Assembly: GCA_964493715.1 (NCBI GenBank)
Contig: CAZBPC010000103.1
Location: 1 to 10,811 of the forward strand
Length of the DNA stretch: 10,811 nucleotides
Reading direction: 5' to 3'
DNA from: an uncultured archaeon
GTDB taxonomy: Archaea > Asgardarchaeota > Lokiarchaeia > Sigyniarchaeales > SOKP01
Part shown: one piece after another, positions 1-6,848 of the stretch
Layout: each line of letters opens with the position of its first letter
Position numbering within the stretch: the stretch's first letter is position 1
Position numbers and translations under genes: made by a program
The notes under the pieces: model-generated
Seen by the model: the letters and a program-made list of their open reading frames with translations, nothing else
The model's database searches: none
What the model was told of the DNA's origin: nothing

Positions 1-23
1 TCTATTCTTTTTTTTAATTCCAT
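1..23 (-). CDS. Possible 5' end of a divergent gene running off the left edge (MELKKRI...)
   Basis: ATG at 23-21 on the minus strand opens MELKKRI with no stop before the edge, and AT-rich intergenic-like DNA lies upstream. Only 7 codons are visible. Confidence 0.3.
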
Positions 24-31
24 ATGACGAG

Positions 32-67
32 TATAAATTTGAGAAAAATAAATTTTCTCATTTTATA
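32..67. promoter_or_regulatory. Inverted repeat TGAGAAAA-N5-TTTTCTCA (40-60) flanked by TATAAA/TTTATA; candidate operator
   Basis: Perfect 8-bp arms at 40-47 and 53-60, plus outer complementary arms TATAAA (32-37) and TTTATA (62-67), in non-coding DNA. Function is inferred. Confidence 0.3.
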
Positions 68-260
68 TCACATAAGTTATAATTTGGATCACACAGATTT
101 TGTTGATTTAAACATTTAAAATTAACGCAAAAATAATCGCTTTAATAATATTTTTTTTACAACACTGTTAAATGGGAATATTTATTCTCGAACGTTTATA
201 TTTGTTAAAATGAAATATATAATTATACTCAATCGAGAGTATTGGTTTAGGAGAATATGT

Positions 261-653
261 ATGACTTATGCAATTAATTTCAATGAAGCTGTTTTAAAGA
301 ATATCGAATATGATTATGTCAAGGTCAAATTGAATCCAGACAAAATTAAATGGATCCAGGGGATATCGAAAGAAATTAGTAAACATATTTCTATTCCATC
401 ATTAGCTTTAAAAGGAATAATTTGTCATTCTTTAGGAGAATGGCAAGAAAAGAATAACAAAAAGATTTCAGAAATATCTAATACTCCTTTTGAAGATATA
501 ATGATTGCTGCGAAGTATATTTTCCTTTCGTGCAAAAAAACCTCAAAAGAAGTGCTTCAAGCTCCTAAGGATCAAAGTGAATTACTTCTTGACATAGCTT
601 TTGAAAGAGGCTTTAAAACTTTTATTGAAAATTTAAAAAGATTTTCTCGCTGA
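261..653 (+). CDS. Hypothetical protein, 130 aa, probably soluble and mostly helical
   Basis: The ORF track opens at 210, but ATG 261 (MTYAINF) follows an SD-like AGGAGA at 249-254 and is the likelier start. No recognisable motif. It converges on the PHP gene with a 13-bp gap. Confidence 0.7.
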   Translation: MTYAINFNEAVLKNIEYDYVKVKLNPDKIKWIQGISKEISKHISIPSLALKGIICHSLGEWQEKNNKKISEISNTPFEDIMIAAKYIFLSCKKTSKEVLQAPKDQSELLLDIAFERGFKTFIENLKRFSR

Positions 654-666
654 GAAATCCTTATTC

Positions 667-1404
667 TCACAGTTTTTCAATATTATTTAACTTTTTAATT
701 AGTTGAATTAAATTATTTTGAAGTAAATAATCCTTTATTACTTCCCAAGGGCCATTAATATCGGCAAGACTTTTTGTATCATGAGAATCGCATCCAATCG
801 ATACTAATAGTCCTGTCTCTTTAACCTTCTCATAAAATAGACAATACTTTCTCGAATAAAATTGGGAATAGCTAGAATTTAATTCAATAAAGATATCATT
901 TTCAAATAAGAAATTAATTAAAACTTGAAATCCTTGGCTAAGAAAATGAGAAGGATCAAAATGTGCTAACCCCAATAATGGGAATGGTTTATTTAATGAC
1001 TTTTCTTTTCGCCAAGAGATTAGTAAAGATTTGATAAATGCAATCGACTCAAAGGATTCAAGATATTCAAATAAAATAATATCATAATCATTTGGTTTTA
1101 TATACTCCAAAATATAGTCTACAGAGCTCCCTAAATCTACTTCAACTCCAGTAAATATTTGAAGAGTTTCATTTCTATTTTTTAAATAGGATTTACAAGT
1201 TAAGATCTCGCGTCTATAATTCTCAATTTTGTATAATGTATCCAACGTCGGAATTAAATTGGCTTTCCATGAATTTGTGAAATGATCTGTAATTGCAATA
1301 TATTCTAAATCTTCGGATATAGCTTTTTTTACAATTTTTGCAATAGGGCTTTTACCATCAGAATAATTAGAATGAATATGTAAATTAATTCTTGGAATCT
1401 TCAT
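667..1404 (-). CDS. PHP-domain phosphoesterase (histidinol-phosphatase/YcdX/PolX-PHP-like)
   Basis: PHP motifs in canonical order: NLHIHSNYSDG, IAITDH, GVEVD, LAH, IELNS, IGCDSH. Stand-alone domain of 245 aa. Confidence 0.92.
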   Translation of the reverse strand: MKIPRINLHIHSNYSDGKSPIAKIVKKAISEDLEYIAITDHFTNSWKANLIPTLDTLYKIENYRREILTCKSYLKNRNETLQIFTGVEVDLGSSVDYILEYIKPNDYDIILFEYLESFESIAFIKSLLISWRKEKSLNKPFPLLGLAHFDPSHFLSQGFQVLINFLFENDIFIELNSSYSQFYSRKYCLFYEKVKETGLLVSIGCDSHDTKSLADINGPWEVIKDYLLQNNLIQLIKKLNNIEKL

Positions 1405-1413
1405 AATTATATG

Positions 1414-3273
1414 CTAAATTCCAAGAGATTTTAATTCCCTATTTGTATTCCATAATAACAGGCCACTGAACACAATTACAATCCCAAAAATGATTAAAAT
1501 CGAATTTAACAGGTAATTTATAGTCATTTGAGGGATTATAATTGATCCAATTGTGAGTTCTGTAATAATAATTTCACCATTAAGAAATAATGAAGTGATT
1601 ATGAAGATAATGATACCTGAGATGATTTGCACTAAAGCAAAAGTATAATTTATTAAATGAATAAACTTTGATCTCGTTTTTCCAGGTTCGATTATATGAC
1701 TATTTCCAATGTTAATTGCTACTTTTCCTTTATCTATTTTCTTGATAAAGAAATATACCACTTCTCTTAAAGGAATGATGTCAAAAATAACTGTACCAAC
1801 TATAAAAACTACAATCGATAGTAAAATTCTATCAATTATTAATAATTCAGTGCTAACATCTGAATAATTATTGATTGCCCAAATAGAATAACCGACGATT
1901 AAAACCAATAATGATTTAATACCTGCTAATGTCAATGATTTTGATGGTCTATCACTAATAGTTAATAGAAAAAATCCTATCCCTATAGAAAGAATGATTA
2001 AACCTAACACAACTGCTTCAGTAGAAATGAAAAATAGAGCAAAAACTACGAAGGTCCCACTAATAATATATGGTAATACAGGAAAAAAGGGTGCTTTAAA
2101 GGGTCGATCTAACTCTTTTCTCGTTCTTCTCAGTTTTAATGCGGCAAAATTAACGAAAGCAAGTCCAAAGAAGTAGATAAAGATAGTAGTTTCAGCAGCT
2201 AATCCGATTCCAGCAAAGAGGGTGAAAATTAATGCAATTACTACCGTTATCAATAATGCAAGAGCGGGCATTTGGGCTCTATTTTTTACTTCCTTAAATT
2301 TTTTTGATATATAACGATCTCGTGCTAAGGCTGTAATAATACTAACTCCGGATCCTAGAGCACCATTAATCGCTATGATCGTTGCTATTAAAGCTGCAAA
2401 AACCATTAGAAAAAAACCAAAAGGACCCAAGATATTTTCCAATATTATGGGTAACAATAACGGAGCTTCGCCTAATGGAGAAGATGGATAACTTAAATTC
2501 ACTAAAACGACAAAAGTTATTGTTAGATAAATTATTAATGCTATTATAATAGCTAAAATATTAACTTTAGGAATATTTTTTGATGGATTTTTTAAACTGG
2601 AATTTAAGTAAGCCAAATTTGAAATTATAGGAGTGAAGAAAATAAATAATAAAGGGAGTGCAGAAACAATTCCAATTGGATTTAATGGTTCTGAGAGGAT
2701 TGTGAGATCAAAATTATGTGTAAATGGTGATATGGCGAGGCCTGAAAATATAAAAATTCCAAATATTCCAAGTAGAATGATTGTCAAATATATCAGTGAT
2801 TTTGTTGCTATTTTATGAGTCCTGAAAAGTACCAAACTTGTAAAAAGGATTACAATAATTGCTAATAATACAATATAAAATGGGGGAGGATATATTCCAA
2901 CAGTATTTAAAGCTTCTTCAATTGCTAAAGCAAAAGCATGAGCTGAAAAAGAACAAGCCGAAATATTTCCTATCCATAAAAAAAAACCGATAATAAATGC
3001 TAAAAATCCACCTAAGCCCTCTTTGCTAAAATTATAGGACCCTCCTGCAATAGGTAAGCTTGTAGATAATTCAGCATAATTCAATGTCGTAAAAAAGATT
3101 AAAATGCCAACTAAAAATAAACTAAGGAGAATTCCAGAACTCGCAAGGTCAATTCCTTTGCCCAAAAGGACAAATATTGACCCTCCTATTCCACAGCCTA
3201 TACCATAAAGTATTCCTTGAGATGGTTTTAAGGATCTTTCTTCAATAGTGGTTTCGGTTTTAGACTCATTCAA
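1414..3273 (-). CDS. APC-superfamily (amino acid permease-like) membrane protein with a C-terminal multi-TM extension
   Basis: TTG start. APC hallmarks: GIGCGIGGSIF (TM1), YAELSTSLPIAGGSY, KNPSKNIP, ALARD, LRRTRKELDRPFKAP. About 12 core hydrophobic segments plus about 4 more after residue 440. Confidence 0.9.
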   Translation of the reverse strand: MNESKTETTIEERSLKPSQGILYGIGCGIGGSIFVLLGKGIDLASSGILLSLFLVGILIFFTTLNYAELSTSLPIAGGSYNFSKEGLGGFLAFIIGFFLWIGNISACSFSAHAFALAIEEALNTVGIYPPPFYIVLLAIIVILFTSLVLFRTHKIATKSLIYLTIILLGIFGIFIFSGLAISPFTHNFDLTILSEPLNPIGIVSALPLLFIFFTPIISNLAYLNSSLKNPSKNIPKVNILAIIIALIIYLTITFVVLVNLSYPSSPLGEAPLLLPIILENILGPFGFFLMVFAALIATIIAINGALGSGVSIITALARDRYISKKFKEVKNRAQMPALALLITVVIALIFTLFAGIGLAAETTIFIYFFGLAFVNFAALKLRRTRKELDRPFKAPFFPVLPYIISGTFVVFALFFISTEAVVLGLIILSIGIGFFLLTISDRPSKSLTLAGIKSLLVLIVGYSIWAINNYSDVSTELLIIDRILLSIVVFIVGTVIFDIIPLREVVYFFIKKIDKGKVAINIGNSHIIEPGKTRSKFIHLINYTFALVQIISGIIIFIITSLFLNGEIIITELTIGSIIIPQMTINYLLNSILIIFGIVIVFSGLLLWNTNRELKSLGI

Positions 3274-3329
3274 GTTTATTTAACAAAATTTTAATTTTAA
3301 TTAAATTAATAAGAGAAATTAATTAAAAC

Positions 3330-4796
3330 TCAGGATTTTTCTAAATGAAATATACCGGAAGCTAATGTAAAAATAGCTCCAATTAATAAAATGAACCCAA
3401 AGATGGATGAATTTATATCTCCAAAATCAAGGATATTAGTCAAATATCCAAAACTTAATATAATGAATAATAGCCCTATTCCAATTAATATTCCACCAAA
3501 AAATTTCGAAACCCTGTAAATCGTTGATAATAATTCCAATCTATGGATTCTACTTTCTTTATCTCTTATTTCGTTCTCTTGATTATCTAATTCGATTTTA
3601 AGTTTTTGTAATACTGCTCTAGAGGCATTTGTACTTTCATCAATCACTTCTTTCGCTTTAATGAGCTTGTCATGTTCATTTTGCGCGTATTCTAACTTTT
3701 CTGAGAGAGAATTTAATCGTTCCTCGCGTTCAAAATATTCTGAGTTAGTAGATTCAATATTTTGTTTCATATCTTGCAAGTGTTTTTCATTTACTTCGAG
3801 TAAATTTTCCTTATTTGCAATTTGTTCTTGAATTGAAATGTATGTAGTATTCAGTTCTTGAATGCGGGATTCAATTGTTATCAAATCCTGTTGTTTTTCA
3901 GATAGTTGAACCTTATATTTAGCAAGGAGCTCTTCATAAGTCGTAGTTTGTTTTTCCATCTCGGGAAATCCTTGTTTATAATCTTCAATTTGTTGTTCGA
4001 TAATCCGAATTCTCTGTTCCTTTTTCTCGATTTGTTCGTTCAAATTTTTCTTTTCTTCATCCTTTGCTTCGATTTCAGTATTTGAATGTTCTAATTCAAA
4101 TCTATTCTTTGCAATGGATACCTTTAACGTTTCATTTTCAGCTGTTTGGCTTTTAATTTTCATTTCTAATGATATAGCATCTTCTCTTTGTCTATCAAGT
4201 AAATATTCATTATCTTGTATCGTTTGATTTAGTTTGGCTATTTTGGCTCTAAGTTCATCTTGTAATGCTACTTTTTCTTTAACGCTATCAGTTAATACAA
4301 TTAAATCAACTTGGCGCGTTTCATAAGTTTTTACAAGCTGTTCATTATCTTTTAGAAGCTCTTGGTACTCCATTTCCATTTTTTCTTTACTTTCCTCAAT
4401 AATTTCTACACGATCTTCTAAATTTTGCAGTTCTTCAGTTTTTCGATTATATCTTTGCTGTATATTATCAATTTCTTCTTGGAGAGCTGCTAAATAACCT
4501 ACTTTATCATCAACCTTTTTCTTGACCGTATCGAGATTTTCCATAGCTCCAATTAATTCTTGACTGATTTCAGTATCATTCTTTTTATCAATATCCTTTT
4601 TTTCATCGTTGGTTTTTCCATTTTTTATTGTATCAGTGATATCATCGATAGAATCTTTAAATGTACGAAGATTTTTATCAATGATATCTCTAGAATCCTT
4701 TGCTTTCGTTAAAAATTCCTTATCCACTCTAGTATTATCCTTCTCAGATTTACTTTCAGACTTCTCTGATTCCTCGTCATTAAATTCGTCAGACAT
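3330..4796 (-). CDS. Long coiled-coil protein with a C-terminal two-TM membrane anchor
   Basis: Acidic, low-complexity N-terminus. Residues ~76-430 are E/K/Q/L/I-rich with heptad-like spacing, and G276 and P278 are the only Gly/Pro between residues 101 and 433. Two hydrophobic segments at ~432-452 and ~464-484. No Walker motifs or signal peptide. Confidence 0.88.
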   Translation of the reverse strand: MSDEFNDEESEKSESKSEKDNTRVDKEFLTKAKDSRDIIDKNLRTFKDSIDDITDTIKNGKTNDEKKDIDKKNDTEISQELIGAMENLDTVKKKVDDKVGYLAALQEEIDNIQQRYNRKTEELQNLEDRVEIIEESKEKMEMEYQELLKDNEQLVKTYETRQVDLIVLTDSVKEKVALQDELRAKIAKLNQTIQDNEYLLDRQREDAISLEMKIKSQTAENETLKVSIAKNRFELEHSNTEIEAKDEEKKNLNEQIEKKEQRIRIIEQQIEDYKQGFPEMEKQTTTYEELLAKYKVQLSEKQQDLITIESRIQELNTTYISIQEQIANKENLLEVNEKHLQDMKQNIESTNSEYFEREERLNSLSEKLEYAQNEHDKLIKAKEVIDESTNASRAVLQKLKIELDNQENEIRDKESRIHRLELLSTIYRVSKFFGGILIGIGLLFIILSFGYLTNILDFGDINSSIFGFILLIGAIFTLASGIFHLEKS

Positions 4797-4852
4797 AGTT
4801 TTGGTTTTTGAATATTGAATTTATTTTATCTTTAGTAAGTTAAAAATCAAGT

Positions 4853-4870
4853 TTAACTTTTAAAAGTTAA
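4853..4870. promoter_or_regulatory. Perfect 18-bp palindrome TTAACTTTTAAAAGTTAA upstream of the coiled-coil gene; candidate transcription-factor site
   Basis: Exactly self-complementary and 57-74 bp upstream of ATG 4796. Mostly A/T, so chance is not excluded. Confidence 0.4.
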
Positions 4871-4937
4871 TTTTTGTTTAGAGAGGAATTATCAAAAAGA
4901 TTTTGTTCAAACAAATATTGATACAAATAAAATACCA

Positions 4938-5019
4938 TTTCAACCATCTAAAAAATTCCTTATGATTTATACCTTTTCTAAATATTTAAACTTTTAAGTT
5001 TTCTTTAGCATGGTTGAAA
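4938..5019. repeat. Imperfect ~18-bp inverted repeat with ~45-bp spacer
   Basis: TTTCAACCAT-CTAAAAAA (4938-4955) versus the reverse complement of 5001-5019, TTTCAACCATGCTAAAGAA: 10 perfect bp, then one indel and one mismatch. Confidence 0.5.
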
Positions 5020-5193
5020 AGGGAAGAGTTATGGACACATAAGTTTATAAAGAAGATGCTTCTGAAAGTTTTTTTTCCTCCAGAATTTTATTTAATAATA
5101 TGAGCTTGAATTTTACATTACCATAAGAAGTTAAGCCTAATTTATTATCTTAATTTATTTATTTTTAAATTTAATTGTAAATATAATAGATTT

Positions 5194-5222
5194 AAAATGG
5201 TTTAGCTAAGCTATTCCATTTT
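5194..5222. other. Hairpin/dyad AAAATGG-TT-TAGC-TAA-GCTA-TT-CCATTTT (possible terminator or operator)
   Basis: 7-bp outer and 4-bp inner complementary arms with a symmetric 2x2 mismatch, about 140 bp downstream of the 5364 stop. Confidence 0.35.
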
Positions 5223-5363
5223 TCATCAAAATATAAAATGTAATGTTTTCTTAGGATTTTTGTTATTTATGGATGACGATTTAGATTTTTTTTTAATTTA
5301 GAGCAGAACTCGATAGTCCTTTCTTTTATAGCACTAGCAGAACTTATAGAAGTCATCTTTTTA

Positions 5364-6848
5364 TTATTTTTTAAATCTTATCTTAAAAAGTATTTTAAAT
5401 GTTCTTGGTCCAAAAGTCACTAATATGTAAAAATTCTCTCGAGTACCTATTGCCAATTCTTCATCTATAATTGGAATTGTTAAATCTCTTGAACCAAATG
5501 TGGACGCTAATTCATGATCATAATGATTAAAATCTGCACGGTTTTCCAATGCACGGACGGTATGCATAAATTGAGAAGAGTCTTTTTTTGATATTTCAGC
5601 AAACTTGTAGTGCAAATCAAGATAATTACCATATTCATGCTCATTGATAATAAAACTGGTTGTTGTATGATATGATCTTAGAAATAATTCTCCATTTTTT
5701 AAGTCTGGATAATCATTTTTTGTTTTAGTAAAAAGATCCTTAATTATTGTTGTTAAAAAAATTAACTGAGTGATACTGTAACTACGAAGAGTGATGTCAT
5801 ATATGATATCTATTTCACAGCTGTTTTCGCTAGTATTAATAATTTCAGATTTAATAATAGGATTAAAAAGGTTCACATTAATTTTATTAGTTGGTTTAAA
5901 TACAAATTCATTCATTCGGTTAATGTTACGAAATGCCCAGGTTCTCAATATACATTTCTGAGCAAAAGGAAGTGCCTCAGTAGCTTCCAAAAATCCTCGT
6001 ACCATCTGAGAAGATTCCAGAGTAGGTGTTGCACTTCCAATCATCATTCTGTGCCACGAATTTTGGATAAATCCTTTTAAATTAAAAATTTGAAGAAATG
6101 AATCTGTCGGTGTCATTCCACCAAATGAACGAGGTTCAATTTCAATCCATAAATTATTATAATACTTAGCCAACTGATAATACTTTAAAAAATCCCCCGA
6201 TATATCCAAACCACTAATAACAATAGGGATGGTTTGATTATTCGAAAGAAATTCTTTCAATGACTCAACTGATGTATATTCGGGAAAATTCTTGGGTAAA
6301 AATGTGTTACCAATGTCAATTTTAATAAATAAATTATTATCAAGGCAATAATTTATTAACGAGTTAAATATTTGGTTTTCTTTATCATTTATATTTTGTC
6401 TGGTGAAAGAAGGATATAAAGCAATTCCACAAATTGGGATGATAGATGAAAAACTCTTTATTTCTGAAATTTTTTCCGAATTTAATGAAGGATCTGATAA
6501 GTCGTATGATAAAATTCCTGAAAATAAATCAGGATCCTGTTTAACCATATTTACTACATCTACATTATCGATTCCATATTCTCGTCCTAAATCCATCGCT
6601 TGCACAAGTGCTTGTTCTATGCCAGAACAGTATAGTTCAATTTTGAGATCGTCTAAACTGAGCAAGCGTCGATAGAAAAAGGGTCTTTGTTGTAGATTTT
6701 TTAGCTCCAAGAGGGATTCTAAAGATTTTGAAGCATTTAAGTCATTTAAAATTGGCCAAACCATTGTATCAACTTGTTTATAAAGAAAAGGATTAGCAAA
6801 TTTATGTCCAAATATGCAATTAAAGTCTGGTAGATATAATTTTTCCAT
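5364..6848 (-). CDS. Fusion of a degenerate Amidohydro_2-type TIM barrel (aa ~1-315) with a YjbQ/UPF0047 (secondary thiamine-phosphate synthase family) domain (aa ~345-494)
   Basis: The N-part follows the Amidohydro_2 pattern: GIEQALV, NVDVVNMVKQDPDLFSGILSYD, GIALYP, IKIDIG, IVISG, NLWIEI, RMMIGSATP, NINRM. The C-part has YjbQ signatures: GELFLRSYHTTTSFIINE, FMH, NHYDH, STFGSRDLTIPIIDEELAIGT, GPR. Tandem TAA TAA stop. Confidence 0.82.
   Translation of the reverse strand: MEKLYLPDFNCIFGHKFANPFLYKQVDTMVWPILNDLNASKSLESLLELKNLQQRPFFYRRLLSLDDLKIELYCSGIEQALVQAMDLGREYGIDNVDVVNMVKQDPDLFSGILSYDLSDPSLNSEKISEIKSFSSIIPICGIALYPSFTRQNINDKENQIFNSLINYCLDNNLFIKIDIGNTFLPKNFPEYTSVESLKEFLSNNQTIPIVISGLDISGDFLKYYQLAKYYNNLWIEIEPRSFGGMTPTDSFLQIFNLKGFIQNSWHRMMIGSATPTLESSQMVRGFLEATEALPFAQKCILRTWAFRNINRMNEFVFKPTNKINVNLFNPIIKSEIINTSENSCEIDIIYDITLRSYSITQLIFLTTIIKDLFTKTKNDYPDLKNGELFLRSYHTTTSFIINEHEYGNYLDLHYKFAEISKKDSSQFMHTVRALENRADFNHYDHELASTFGSRDLTIPIIDEELAIGTRENFYILVTFGPRTFKILFKIRFKK

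Noticed and set aside
210-260. Longer start (ATG 210) for the first gene
   Set aside because: ATG 261 has an SD-like AGGAGA and the extension looks like promoter/UTR sequence, though it is not strictly excluded.
643-669. TGAGAA/TTCTCA dyads at the convergent gene ends, resembling the 40-60 motif
   Set aside because: Only 6-bp arms, partly made of the two TGA stop codons, and with different spacing.
1994-2818. Plus-strand ORFs 1994-2176 and 2633-2818
   Set aside because: Short antisense shadows inside the APC gene with no motifs.
3306-3332. Selenocysteine/TGA read-through at TGA-terminated genes (also stops at 651-653 and 667-669)
   Set aside because: The frame closes again within a few codons or runs into the convergent gene, and there is no selenoprotein context.
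3330-4796. Annotation as SMC/Rad50 or a chemoreceptor
   Set aside because: No Walker A/B, signature motif, CxxC hook or MCP hairpin motif. Such hits would be coiled-coil compositional artefacts.
4609-4818. Plus-strand 69-aa Ser/Leu/Phe-rich ORF
   Set aside because: Antisense to the Glu/Lys/Asp-rich start of the coiled-coil gene, which explains its composition.
4797-5363. CRISPR array, tRNA or IS element in the long gap
   Set aside because: No regularly spaced repeats, cloverleaf, GC-rich structured RNA or transposase remnant is visible.
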